A stretch of 64,000 nt of DNA from an uncultured Planctomycetota bacterium. Lineage in GTDB: Bacteria; Planctomycetota; Planctomycetia; Isosphaerales; Isosphaeraceae. Each line of letters begins with the position of its first letter. Positions within the stretch are counted from its first letter, which is position 1. The position numbers were made by a program, and so were the translations under genes. The stretch covers positions 512,001 through 576,000 of the forward strand of contig CAWGMQ010000011.1 of assembly GCA_963823665.1 (NCBI GenBank). Reading direction: 5' to 3'. Positions 32,822-43,724 of this stretch are shown here, piece by piece. The notes below the pieces were generated by a model that was not told where the DNA came from, did no database searches, and worked only from the letters and a program-made list of their open reading frames with translations.

Positions 32822-33877
32822 CTAACCTGGCGAACGTTCGCGCCCCGATGCCGGCGAGCGCTTTGACACGTCGCGCACTGGCTCGTACGAGTTTCGCAAC
32901 TCCCGGAGGGACGTGCTCAGTCGAATCTCGTCCTTTTCGCGAATCGCTTTTTGCACGTCCCGAAGGTGCTCAGTCGTGGCGTGCACATCGTCTCGCAGTT
33001 TTCTCAGCGTCGGCGATGCACTCCAACCCACCAGAGAATGGATGGCCGGTCCGCGTGCCAGACGCTCTGTCGCGCTCGATGCTTGCTCAGCTTGCTCCTG
33101 CATCGTGTCCCAGTCTTTCTTGACTCGGGCCTGCTCGATGCCGTCGATCGCGGCGTCGATGCTCGCAACTTGCTCCACGGCCCAGGGACGGACCATCGGG
33201 CCGAGTTCCGGCGTCGCCAGACAGAAGGTCACCACGAGCGAGACCGTCATCACCATGACCACCAGGAACAAGCCCAGGGCCGAGGTCCCGAGCGCTGAGA
33301 ATCGCATCAGCGATTTGTTCTCGCCCTTGACTCGCCACTCGAAGAGGCCGATCGCCGCCGCCGCTGCCAGCAAAATTGACCACCAGTAATTCGCTGCCAC
33401 GGTCTCCAATCGCTCGAGGAACGTGAGCATCCATGAGCCGGTCACTTTCCGGAGGAACTCTCCATCGATGAGCCCGGCACCCAAGAGCCCGCTGAATTTC
33501 GGGAAGATGAAGTACACGTTGAATGCGATGAATAACAGCTCGAGAGCGATCATCAGACTCAGGGTCAGGTTTGCCCACGACGACCACAACCACTTCGCTC
33601 GCATTGTTCTCTCCTTCCATTGCAGCGCCCTGTCGATCAACACCGCGAGCATGCGGTGTCCGTGTGTCGCTTCCAGTTCCGGCCGGAGGTCCTCAGGCCG
33701 GCCGAACTCCTCCATCGCCTTGGTGACCGCCTCCTCATCGGTGAGCCCCGCCGTCTTGTGCTGCTCCACGGCATCGACGAGATGAGCGCGCAGTTCTTGC
33801 CGCACGTGCTCTCGAAGCGCCTTCGGGCCACCGATACTCCAGCAGATCTGATTGACGTACCTATCGAGTCTATCCAT
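32822..33877 (-). CDS. membrane protein with an N-terminal permease-prefix (HAAS-like) domain
   Basis: RQELRAHLVDAVE...GLTDEEAVTKAMEEFGRPE; coupled to PadR. Confidence 0.8.
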   Translation of the reverse strand: MDRLDRYVNQICWSIGGPKALREHVRQELRAHLVDAVEQHKTAGLTDEEAVTKAMEEFGRPEDLRPELEATHGHRMLAVLIDRALQWKERTMRAKWLWSSWANLTLSLMIALELLFIAFNVYFIFPKFSGLLGAGLIDGEFLRKVTGSWMLTFLERLETVAANYWWSILLAAAAAIGLFEWRVKGENKSLMRFSALGTSALGLFLVVMVMTVSLVVTFCLATPELGPMVRPWAVEQVASIDAAIDGIEQARVKKDWDTMQEQAEQASSATERLARGPAIHSLVGWSASPTLRKLRDDVHATTEHLRDVQKAIREKDEIRLSTSLRELRNSYEPVRDVSKRSPASGRERSPG

Positions 33878-34199
33878 GGGACTTGTCCAGGATGCGATTG
33901 ACCGCGATACACATGTCGGCCCACGACCGCCGCTTTTCGGCGAGCGCGGCCCGCCCGCGCTTGGTGATGTGATAGTACCGCCGCTTTCGCCCGCTCTCCT
34001 TCTCCTCCCATTCGCCCACGATCAGGCCATCCTGCTCCAGCTTGTGTAGGCTCGGATACAACGACCCCTCACGCCACGTGAACGCCCCGTCGCTGTCGCT
34101 ATGGACCGTCTCAGCGATTTCGTAGCCGTACATCTCCTTCCGGCTCAGCAACGAGAGAATGAGCAACGCGAGTGTGCCTTTGAGTAGTGCCGTGTCCAT
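33870..34199 (-). CDS. PadR-family transcriptional regulator
   Basis: LLKGTLALLIL, MYGYEI, EGSLYPSLHKLE, RRYYHITKRG. Confidence 0.93.
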   Translation of the reverse strand: MDTALLKGTLALLILSLLSRKEMYGYEIAETVHSDSDGAFTWREGSLYPSLHKLEQDGLIVGEWEEKESGRKRRYYHITKRGRAALAEKRRSWADMCIAVNRILDKSHG

Positions 34200-34306
34200 G
34201 ACTTGCCGTAACCCAGGATTCCGATGCATTGGATTCCTAGGTATTGTGTCGCGCGAGCCGCTAAGTGTCAAGGCGTCGATCGGTCTTAGGCGGAGGAATA
34301 TGGGTT

Positions 34307-36881
34307 CTAGCGGTCGCTCTCGTTCAATCCCTGCTTCATCCTGAGCAGCAGAAACAAGCGGTACGGCACCATTTCTCCGCGGCCGTTCTTGACGAACCGA
34401 TTCCAGTAATCCTCGGCGACCCTCTCGAATGTCCACTCGGCCTGTTTATCGTCGCCCATGATGACGAGTAGGTTCTCCAGCGCATCCGCGATCGACACAC
34501 CGCGCTGCCTGGCGACGTCGTTGTTGATGACCAGCTCATATCGCGGGTAGTGGCCGGCGAGGAAGGTGAAGAGGCCCTCCAGGCTCTTGCGTTTCAACAG
34601 GTCATCCATGAACGTCTCCGCCCCACTTCCGGGCCGCCTGTCGCCGTGCGAGTTCGTCTTGTCCAGGACGCGTACGGAGAAACCCCCGGCCGCGACGAAG
34701 ACCGAAACTGCGGGCGGCTCGAAGAACTCGAGATCGACATTCATCGTCCGGCATTTTCCCTCGAGCGTCTCGATGATCTGGCGCGAGGTCAGCTTGCGGC
34801 CCGACCGTAGCTTCAAATGGATGAAACAGGTCCCTACGCCCAGGCCGTGGCCCTCCGTCCGGATCTGGTAGCCCGCCAGCGACGAGACCGAGGCGATCCC
34901 GTCGATGCGCCTGGCGATCGCACCCAGCTCATGGCACTTGGCGCTCGTGTACTCGAGCGACGAGCCCCGAGGAGACTCGATAACCGCATAGATCATGTCC
35001 CGGCTATCGAGCGGAATGACCTCGAAGCTCATGCCGGGAGGGAACGCCGCCGCCTTCAGCTCCTCGAGGTCCTTCTCAATCGCCTCGATCGCGATGGCGG
35101 CGCTCCAGCCGGGGAGGGGCTTGAGGACGATCGCCGTCGCGGGATGCCCGTCGACGTCCGAGGAAATATCCAAGTACGGGGGGGGCCGGCTCCACCCGGC
35201 CGACGTCTTTGACTTGCAGGTGGTCGAGGTGCTCGCCGTCGCGATTCACCTCCAAAACGTTGAATTCATAGTTATCCGCCTTGTCGGAGGGCCAGATAAC
35301 AATCAGCTCGTACGGCGTGAGCGGAAACACCTGCCCCCAATACACCTTCCCCATGGCCTCGTCGAGCTCGTCGCCCGGGAGGATCAATTCCGACGGCCTT
35401 TCGCCGAGTTGCTCTATGATGTCCTCGGACGTTAGCTTGTGGGCCCGCATCTGGTCGGGGTTCAGCCGGACCCGCACGGCGGAGTGGCCCTTGGCGAGTT
35501 CCCTCGGGACATCCATGCCCTTGATGCGCCTGAGGCGGGGCATGACGACGTCGTTCGCGAACTTGACGAGGTCCTTCCGGTCGGCGTCGGGGGCGGTCGA
35601 GTAGACGTTCACATACACCAGCTTGCCGTCCGGCGTGAAGAGGCGGCCCTTGCTCCCGCCGCCGCCGTCACCCCTGGCCTCCGGTGGCTTCTCCGCCTTC
35701 GCCGCGGCGTCCGTATCGTCAGGAAAAAAGGTGTGGATGTTGAGATTCGGCAGCGCCTTGAGGATCCGCGACTTGCCCGCATCGGTGATCTGGGTATGGT
35801 AGGCCACCACTTCGCTGAGCCGCGCGAGTCGCTCGAGGTGCCGCAGGCCGGCATCGCTGACTTTGGTACCGTCGATCCACACGGTTTTCAGGCCGGTCAG
35901 ACCCGCCAGGTGGGCCAGGCCCGCGTCGGTGATCCTTGTTTGGCCGACATACAGACTGCTCAGCCCGTTCAAGCGCGGCAGGTGCGCGAGTCCGTCGTCG
36001 GTCACGGGCGTCCGGCTCAGGTACAGGCTGGTGAGCCCGACCAGGGGACGCAGGTGGGCGAGTCCCGGACCCTTAACCTGGGTGTGGGAGAGATTCAGCA
36101 CGCCCAAGCTCGTCATCCCTCCCAGGTGAACGAGTCCGGCATCGGTGACCCACGTACTGTCGAGCTCAAGCTGCCGGAGCCGAGGTAAGCGACTCAGGTG
36201 CGCCAGGCCAGCGTCGCCAACCTTCGTGCGCGCCAGCGTCAGTAACTCCAGGCTCGCGAGCCCCTCGAGAGATGCCGGGCCGGCGTCGCTGACCTGCGTA
36301 CTCGCAAGTTGCAGGACGCGGAGGTTGACCAGGCCCTTCAGGTGGACCAGCCCCGCATCGGTCACCGGCGTGCGATCCAACGACAGGAACTCAAGGCGAG
36401 TCAGCGCTTTGAGGTGAACCAGCGCGGCATCCGTGATCGGGCAATTCTCAAGGTCCAGGAACCGAAGCCGGGTCAGCCTCCCCAGTGACGCCATGCTGGC
36501 GTCGGTCACGTTCGCGCCGTCAACGTACAGATGCTCCAGACGGTCAAACTGTGCGACCTGGGCCAGCTCCGCCTCGCCGCAGCGCGGACTGAGCCACGCC
36601 TGAACGACGTTGCTTGTGAGATCGACGTCGACATGCTCCGCCACCCATCGGCGCCACCCGGGCGTACTGGGAGCGCCGGGAACATCCCACTCGTCGGAGA
36701 TCGTGCCCCCCGCCGCCCGAATGGCCGCCACCGCCTGACGCTGGACGCGTGCAAGGTGCAGCCACCAGCCCAGGCAGCCCCCGACCGCCAGGACCACGAC
36801 GATCAGTCCCCTCACGCTGAAACGCAGGTAACGCCACCAGGGCCGCTTGCGGGGTGTTTCCATGCAACCAGCATCCGGCAT
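34307..36881 (-). CDS. leucine-rich-repeat protein fused to AcrB-like periplasmic subdomains; frameshift at a G8 run (35178-35185)
   Basis: About 12 LxxLxLxxTxVTDAGLxHL repeats, then VRVRLNPDQMRAHKLTSEDI. After the shift come DVDGHPATAIVL and MIYAVIESPRGSSLEYT...VSSLAGY. Confidence 0.75.
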
Positions 36882-36950
36882 GAGCCGACTGGAGTCGATC
36901 TGAAAGATGCTACATGGCCGATTCGGAACGGGTTGTGATACAGTGCCGCG

Positions 36951-37427
36951 ATGCGTCCGCCAGGCGTTCGATTCTCGTTGGGATGGGGGATGGCTGCGAT
37001 AGGGGGTTTCGCGGTCGCGCTGTACTTGTTGCGAGTTGCGCCGCCGGTTGTTGGGATTGCAGTCGCGGTCATCGGGTCGATCTGGGGCATGAAACGGGGC
37101 GGAAACGGATTGAGCTTCGCCGTGATCGGTGGGGTCATCGCGGCGATCGGGGTTGGGATCTTTTTTCTCGTTCAGGCTTTCATCGCTCAAGATAATAGCG
37201 CCGTGACAGCGCGCTGGATGGGCGCGGCAGCGACGGCGCGTGGGATCGGCGGGCTAGCGAAAGTGTTTTTGTTCCTCATGCTCGACGGTGCCCTCACCGG
37301 ATTGGCGGTGGGAATCAGCGTTTGGGGCCTGCGCTGCCTGGCATTGCTGCCCGGTCGATTACGCCTCCAGGCGAACAGAAGCGCCCCTGGGAATTCAGGG
37401 AACGCCGAGCGGCCGGCGGTTGGTTGA
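36951..37427 (+). CDS. hypothetical membrane protein
   Basis: RFSLGWGM leader and four hydrophobic segments. Confidence 0.55.
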   Translation: MRPPGVRFSLGWGMAAIGGFAVALYLLRVAPPVVGIAVAVIGSIWGMKRGGNGLSFAVIGGVIAAIGVGIFFLVQAFIAQDNSAVTARWMGAAATARGIGGLAKVFLFLMLDGALTGLAVGISVWGLRCLALLPGRLRLQANRSAPGNSGNAERPAVG

Positions 37428-37592
37428 TCGTGGGGAAAAAGGCCTCGAATGCGCCTGCGGCGGGTCATCGCCTACGTCGGTGAGGATCAGTCGGTCAGGC
37501 ACTTAAGACGAGGTAGATGCGCGTTTTTTAGGGGAGCACGCCTGACGTAGCCGCAAATCATGAACACGCCGCGGTACCCCAGTTCGTCGTCC

Positions 37593-37847
37593 TTAACCAG
37601 GCGTCCCGAACGTAAAGGGCCAACGTCCGGTCCTCGCTCCCACAGCCAAGCCGATGCCAGCAAAGTAACAGCACGCCGCGCCAAACCATGCCAGGCAGTT
37701 CCCGTCTCGAACCTCAAGAACCTCCAGGGGCAACCCAACCAGCAGCAGGAACAACGCGAGGGCTCCCGCCAAGACCCGAAAAATGAAGCGGGTCTTCTGT
37801 TCAATGCGGGGATGCGATGTGGTCGTTCTCATGGAGACCAACTCCAA
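37593..37847 (-). CDS. small hypothetical membrane protein
   Basis: Two hydrophobic helices; short ORF. Confidence 0.35.
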   Translation of the reverse strand: MELVSMRTTTSHPRIEQKTRFIFRVLAGALALFLLLVGLPLEVLEVRDGNCLAWFGAACCYFAGIGLAVGARTGRWPFTFGTPG

Positions 37848-38100
37848 AGAGACTCGATGTTTCCGATCAGTGTCGCGACTTGCGACCCGCCTCCCGCATT
37901 ATACGCAACCCATCCGACCGGCGGAATACGAGCCCGCCAGGCCGTTCTGACCGCCACGCCTGGTATCGTTTACCCTACCTGGCACACCGACATCTTGGGG
38001 GCTAACGCTGGTTTTCTGTTCCGTTGCTACTCAGACCCCAGCACCTTGGTGTCCGCTTCATTATGGAAATCACCTCTCGGCCCTTTCGTCACTCACGGAA

Positions 38101-38421
38101 ATGCCATTTATAGCCGATAAACCTGAGGTTGGCATGCTAATGCAGGCGACTGCGACGCAGATGCCGTCCTCCCAAACGCTAACGCAGCCCAGGACCCCGC
38201 CCATGTTCGACAGAGGCGACCGCGTAACCCTGGACCTGGCCGCATTCGGGACCAGCTCGCGCCACCGCCGCACCGCCGAACGGGCTGGGACCGTGGTCGG
38301 GCTTGCCCGGCCAGACGGGCCTCGCGCGGGTGTGGTCTACGTGCGCTGGGACGGGACCTGGGCGTGCACGCCGGTGAGCCAGGACGCCTTGGTCCGGGTC
38401 GAGGCGGCCCCGAAGATCTAA
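38101..38421 (+). CDS. small hypothetical protein (SH3-like beta pattern); start uncertain
   Basis: FDRGDRV...GTVVG...VYVRWDG. Confidence 0.45.
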   Translation: MPFIADKPEVGMLMQATATQMPSSQTLTQPRTPPMFDRGDRVTLDLAAFGTSSRHRRTAERAGTVVGLARPDGPRAGVVYVRWDGTWACTPVSQDALVRVEAAPKI

Positions 38422-38542
38422 CCCGGTCCAGGAGGGCTAGGACACGCATCGGCACCGAGCCGCCGCTCATGTTCCTGGGGAAACGAATCGCGTCCCGGTT
38501 TCCGTCCCCATGGGCGAAACCCATGGGTGCCAGCCGTTACGA

Positions 38543-38944
38543 TCACGTTCGGTGTCCTTGAAGCTCTTGCCCCTGCAACTGTGCTGCACCGTTTCGCAAC
38601 GTCGACGACAGCACGGCGAACAGGTTCGAAGCATCCTCCGCGGCTTCCGCGTAGATCTCGCTCTCAGCGGCGGTACCGGGACACAGGAAGATGGCAAAAC
38701 GGCGATGCGTTGCGTCCTCCGGCGACGGAACTGAATAAACTTCGGCGACGGTCCCGGACGCCAGCTCGACGCGTACGTCCAGCAAACCCGGCTCCGGTGT
38801 CTCCAGCGTCAGCGTCGCGCTTGGAACCGCCGACAAGAGCTTGAGCGTAAATGACCGCAGGTGTCCCATCTCGATTTCAGGATCACCATGATCCGGATGC
38901 CAGTCAGGCCGATGCCATGCTTCGAGTTCTTGTGTCGAGTCCAT
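38543..38944 (-). CDS. hypothetical protein
   Basis: 133-aa acidic ORF with plausible composition. Confidence 0.5.
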   Translation of the reverse strand: MDSTQELEAWHRPDWHPDHGDPEIEMGHLRSFTLKLLSAVPSATLTLETPEPGLLDVRVELASGTVAEVYSVPSPEDATHRRFAIFLCPGTAAESEIYAEAAEDASNLFAVLSSTLRNGAAQLQGQELQGHRT

Positions 38945-39300
38945 TGCTCAGTTCCCCAGGATGGTCCAAAACTCGCCGGTCGTCTTGAAGATATATGTTA
39001 CGCCGCCGTCTTCGAATGCGACGGCGGCCTCTCCGGCAAATGTCGTGGCCCTCCCAGCTCCCTGGGCCACACGATCTTGATCAGAACTTCGGCATCTCCC
39101 AACTTTTCTCGCGATCTGGGTTTCCACGCGTGGCTCACGTTCTTACAAAATGATAAGCCGAACTCCGCGCACGAGCAACATCAGGCGGTTCCGGGGACAC
39201 AGGGGTTTACCTCACAAGGGCCCGGCTCGGTGGCCGGAAACGGACCGGGGGACGCGGCCTTGGCGACCGAAAACCTCGGCATCGCGCCGGCCACGTTCAG

Positions 39301-39451
39301 GGGATTCCAGGATTCCAGACACCCATCCTTTTGTCTCGGTCCCGCGCATCCATTCATTCGCGGCTCGCTCGTTCGGTGCAAAACTACGGCCTCTGGTCAT
39401 TTCGAACTCGCAGAAGGCGAGTGCCCGACGCACGGCAAAACGTGGGTGTCT
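39301..39451 (+). repeat. REP-like element copy 1 (5' exon of intron A)
   Basis: GGATTCCAGACACCCA...TGGGTGTCT terminal inverted repeat around a conserved core. Confidence 0.9.
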
Positions 39452-40183
39452 TTGCGTCAGGAAAGCTCGAGAAAGGAGGAAGTGCCTCGAAACACAGAAA
39501 CCTTTCATCGCGACCCTGCGGGTTAACGAATCCCGCCCGGCAGAGCCTGGCCGGCAGCCGGAAGCAAGTCTTGCGTGGGGAGGGGTGACCCTCACTGCGA
39601 AGCGTAGACAGCGAGTCTCCATGCCATGCTATCGAGCCCCGAAATACTCATCGTGGGAGCCTCCGTTGTAGACACAAGCGGGGGCCGCGTCGACACGCCG
39701 CAATGGCCTGGCGTGTTCGGTCCTGCCGGGGTCCAAGAACATGGCGCAGGGACGCGAGGGTTGCTCGGGAACCTGAGAGCCCCATCCGTCTCCACTGACA
39801 TTTCCGGCTCGGGAACCGGAATACCAACTCCCCGGCCCACGACCCCGCGTCGGGTCGCTGGGAGCGAACAAGACGCAAGGGTGGTATCGCAACATGAAGG
39901 CAACGAAATGTGACGAAAGGGGCGGACGGGAGTCGGAGTGCTCCGTAGTAGCAGTGAAGCGGGGGAATGGGCCCTCCCAGACCCTGTGGAGCGAAGGGGG
40001 TACCGTGTCGCGGACTGGAAGCCGGAACCACGCCGAGGGCATTGGACCTCAGAGCGCGTCACCGCGAGGCGACCAGATCGTGTGAGGGACAGCGACGCCG
40101 CGACATGACGAGCCGGATGCCTTAATTGGGCACGTCCGGATCAGTGGGAGCCCTGGCGGAGCGATCCGCCAGGGCGACCCGGC
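39452..40183 (+). mobile_element. ORF-less group II intron, copy A (732 nt)
   Basis: Starts TTGCG. DV GAGCCGGATGCC-TTAATT-GGGCACGTCCGGATC; DVI with bulged A, ending ACCCGGC. EBS1 AGACAC (39670-39675) is complementary to the exon end GTGTCT. Confidence 0.93.
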
Positions 40184-40621
40184 GACATCCCCTTCCCTGC
40201 TTTTCATTCGTGCGATTCGTCAGATTCGTGGCTTCTCTTCCCCGCTCCGCGCCACGCTTCGCTTCCGCTTTTCGCCTTTGGACACGCACAACCTTGTTCC
40301 GCCCCGTCGTTCGCGATCGGTGCTACGCAAATTCTGCTTCCCCTGTCGGGCGACCATCGGGCGGCAGCCGCGCACGCCATGCTACCCGCCGATCATTCCG
40401 ATTGCTGCCGGCCGAAGCCAGCCCGTCCGTCCATTGCGGACCGACTTCCGCCGAGCGAAAGTGGAGGCGCGCCGAAAACAACCGGCGCGCATCAGCTTTC
40501 GGTTGGTAAAATGGTGGAAATCCCGATGGGCTGCATCGCTTGACCGTGAGTCTCGACCCTCAAAGGAACCGGGTTTGGCGTAGTTACGGATAGCGTCGTC
40601 TATGAAAGGGAGAGCAAAGCC

Positions 40622-40906
40622 GTGACCACCGTGCGTACCGTCATCCACGACCGGCGAATCGAGATTCCCGCACCCGAGAACCTCGCCGATGGTACGGAGG
40701 TAATCCTCACGATCGGCACCGATGTCGCCGATGACGACGGTCCGATGTCGCCCGCGGAAATCGCCCGCGTTCTGGCGGCTATGGGGCGCTTGCAACCACT
40801 CGAAATCCCCGACGATGTCGCGGCGGAACTCGACGCCTGGGAAAACAAGCTGAATCAACACGGCATCGATCGCGCTGAGCGTGAAGGCGAGGACATGTCC
40901 GGATGA
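40622..40906 (+). CDS. putative antitoxin
   Basis: Acidic 94-aa ORF with an ATGA overlap to the PIN toxin; RIEIPAPENLADGTEV N-terminus. Confidence 0.7.
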   Translation: MTTVRTVIHDRRIEIPAPENLADGTEVILTIGTDVADDDGPMSPAEIARVLAAMGRLQPLEIPDDVAAELDAWENKLNQHGIDRAEREGEDMSG

Positions 40907-41301
40907 GACGGTTCATCCTCGATACCGGCATAGCCGCGCTGCATCTCGACCGCAAGCGAGGCGTATTTGAACGGGCAGCCGCCGAGGTCGCCAGAGGCAA
41001 CCGGGTCGGCATCGCGGCGCCGGTGCTCGCCGAACTTGCATTCCGGGCGGAAGGGAGCCCGCAACGCGAACGGAACATCCTGCGGCTTCGCCAGGCACTG
41101 GACGCGTGGAAACTCTGTTTGGTCGACACCGCAGCAGCATTCGAATACGGCCGGCTGGCACTCGAGTTGAAGTCGATCGGTCGCCCCATAGGCCAGAACG
41201 ACATCATGATCGCCGCCATCGCGCTGTCCCTGGGCAACACCACTGTCGTCACTACGGATAGCGACCTCGCCGCCGTCCCCGGATTGACCGTCGAGAACTG
41301 A
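40903..41301 (+). CDS. vapC: VapC-family PIN-domain toxin
   Basis: ILDTG, VLAEL, GRPIGQNDIMIAAIA, VVTTDSDL. Confidence 0.92.
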   Translation: MRRFILDTGIAALHLDRKRGVFERAAAEVARGNRVGIAAPVLAELAFRAEGSPQRERNILRLRQALDAWKLCLVDTAAAFEYGRLALELKSIGRPIGQNDIMIAAIALSLGNTTVVTTDSDLAAVPGLTVEN

Positions 41302-41347
41302 GCGGAGGCCACTTAACCAGCGAATGTCCGGGTCTCCTGGCGTGGCC

Positions 41348-41588
41348 AGGAGCCAGACACCCAATCTCTGAGGAGCCGAGGAGCCAGACACCCAATCTCT
41401 GGTTCCGAGGAGGAGCCAGGGATTCCAGGCACCCATCCTTTGTCTCGCGGCCCCCGCATCCTTTCATTCGCGGCACGCAAGTCGGGTGCAAAACCACGGC
41501 CTCTGGTCAAGTCGAACACGCAGAACGCGAGCGCCTGACGCTCGGCAAACGGTGGGTGTCTGACATCCTCGGCAAACGGTGGGTGTCT
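41348..41588 (+). repeat. REP-like element copy 2, with extra GAGGAGCCAGACACCC units and a duplicated (empty plus filled) target site
   Basis: ...GGTGGGTGTCTGACATC CTCGGCAAACGGTGGGTGTCT then the intron. Confidence 0.9.
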
Positions 41589-42320
41589 TTGCGTCAGGAA
41601 AGCTCGAGAAAGGAGGAAGTGCCTCGAAACACAGAAACCTTTCATCGCGACCCTGCGGGTTAACGAATCCCGCCCGGCAGAGCCTGGCCGGCAGCCGGAA
41701 GCAAGTCTTGCGTGGGGAGGGGTGACCCTCACTGCGAAGCGTAGACAGCGAGTCTCCATGCCATGCTATCGAGCCCCGAAATACTCATCGTGGGAGCCTC
41801 CGTTGTAGACACAAGCGGGGGCCGTGTCGACACGCCGCAATGGCCTGGCGTGTTCGGTCCTGCCGGGGTCCAAGAACATGGCGCAGGGACGCGAGGGTTG
41901 CTCGGGAACCTGAGAGCCCCATCCGTCTCCACTGACATTTCCGGCTCGGGAACCGGAATACCAACTCCCCGGCCCACGACCCCGCGTCGGGTCGCTGGGA
42001 GCGAACAAGACGCAAGGGTGGTATCGCCAAACGAAGGCAACGAAGTGCGGCGAAATGGGCGGACGGGAGTCGGAGTGCTCCGTAGTAGCAGTGAAGCGGG
42101 GGAATGGGCCCTCCCAGACCCTGTGGAGCGAAGGGGGTACCGTGTCGCGGACTGGAAGCCGGAACCACGCCGAGGGCATTGGACCTCAGAGCGCGTCACC
42201 GCGAGGCGACCAGATCGTGTGAGGGACAGCGACGCCGCGACATGACGAGCCGGATGCCTTAATTGGGCACGTCCGGATCAGTGGGAGCCCTGGCGGAGCG
42301 ATCCGCCAGGGCGACCCGGC
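41589..42320 (+). mobile_element. ORF-less group II intron, copy B (732 nt)
   Basis: Same boundaries and domains as copy A; followed by GACATCCCC. Confidence 0.93.
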
Positions 42321-42458
42321 GACATCCCCAAAAATGAATGTCGGCCCGGACCTGGAAATCTCGGATTCGGTGCTCAGTGGCGAGAGGGTCGGTTCGCCCG
42401 ATAAGCTAAACGCACGTCGACCTTCACTGCGAATATGCAAAACCGGAGTGCGTTTGCC

Positions 42459-43724
42459 ATGCAATCGAGCCGTCGCCAGTTCTTGCAGCGCTCGGCCGCT
42501 CTTCCTCCAAGCTGGATGGCGTTCGCAACGGCCCTCGCGGCCGCGCGAACGACGCGAGCCGTCGCCGATGGGGGTTCGGATGAACTGCAGTGGCAACTTG
42601 TCCGACGACAGTTTCCGCTCGAAGACGGCCTGATCTACCTGAACGCCGCCAACGTCTGCCCGGTTTCGCGCCCGGTCCTCGATCGGTACGCTTCATTCTT
42701 GCGCGACTTCCAGGCCAACCCTTCTTTTCAGAATCGCGACAAGTACCACGCGCTTCGGGAATCGGTCCGCTCCAAGCTGGCTGCCCTTCTCGGCGTCTCG
42801 GCCGACGAGGTTGCCATCACTCGCAACACCAGCGAAGGCTCCAATCTCATCGTCCGCGGAATCGACCTCAAGCCCGGAGACGAAATCGTCATCACCGACC
42901 ACAACCATCCCTCGAACAATGAGAGCTGGAAGCTTCGCGCCCGCCGCGACGCCTTGGTGATCAGAAGTGTTCCAGCGCCCGTCCCGGCGCAGTCGCCCGA
43001 GCAACTGGTCGCCGGCATCGAGAAAGCCTTGAGCCCGCGCACGCGCGTGATAGCGCTCACCCATTTGACCAGCACCTGCGGCCTTCGATACCCTATCAAG
43101 CCAATCGCTGAGCTGGCCCGACGGCGCGACATTTTCCTGCATGTCGACGGCGCACAGTCGCTCGGCGCAAGCGACGTGAATCTCAGGAACCTCGGCTGCG
43201 ACTCATTCTCGGCCAGTGCACACAAGTGGCCGATGGGCCCTCTTGAAGCCGGGATTCTCTTCGTGCGCACCGAGCGGATCCCATCAGTCTGGCCGTCGAT
43301 TGTCTCGGCGGGCTGGAGCGACCAGCTCAAAGGCGCCAGGAAGTTCGAGTCGGTCGGCCAGCAGGATGACCCCCGAGTGGTCGCCCTGGAAGCGGCCCTG
43401 GACCTGCTCAACCTGATCGGTATCCGGCAGGTCGAAGCCCGAGTGCAGGCACTGGCTGGTCGCGTCAAACATTCGCTGTCAGAACTGGCGAACGTGGAAC
43501 TGAAAACGAATCTCGAGCCCGAACTCTCAGGCGGGGTAGTCAAGTTCAGACTCAAGAACATGCCCACTGCGCAAGCCTACGACGTGCTCTGGAAACGGCA
43601 TCGCCTGGCGATTGCGATGACCGGCGGAGGCGATTCGGAAGGACTGCGATTCTCGCCCCATATCTATAACACCGTCGACGAGATCGACCGCGCCGTAGCC
43701 GCCGTTCGCGAGCTCTCCGGATGA
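42459..43724 (+). CDS. Tat-exported class V PLP-dependent aminotransferase (isopenicillin N epimerase/SufS-like)
   Basis: SRRQFL Tat motif, YLNAA, TRNTSEG, VDGAQSLG, SAHKW, RFSPHIYNT. Confidence 0.9.
   Translation: MQSSRRQFLQRSAALPPSWMAFATALAAARTTRAVADGGSDELQWQLVRRQFPLEDGLIYLNAANVCPVSRPVLDRYASFLRDFQANPSFQNRDKYHALRESVRSKLAALLGVSADEVAITRNTSEGSNLIVRGIDLKPGDEIVITDHNHPSNNESWKLRARRDALVIRSVPAPVPAQSPEQLVAGIEKALSPRTRVIALTHLTSTCGLRYPIKPIAELARRRDIFLHVDGAQSLGASDVNLRNLGCDSFSASAHKWPMGPLEAGILFVRTERIPSVWPSIVSAGWSDQLKGARKFESVGQQDDPRVVALEAALDLLNLIGIRQVEARVQALAGRVKHSLSELANVELKTNLEPELSGGVVKFRLKNMPTAQAYDVLWKRHRLAIAMTGGGDSEGLRFSPHIYNTVDEIDRAVAAVRELSG

Noticed and set aside
39592..40062. Recurring ORFs such as MTRSEVQCPRR and MLSSPEILIVG in each repeat copy
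   Set aside because: They recur only because they overlap the repeated intron RNA and have no protein-family motifs.
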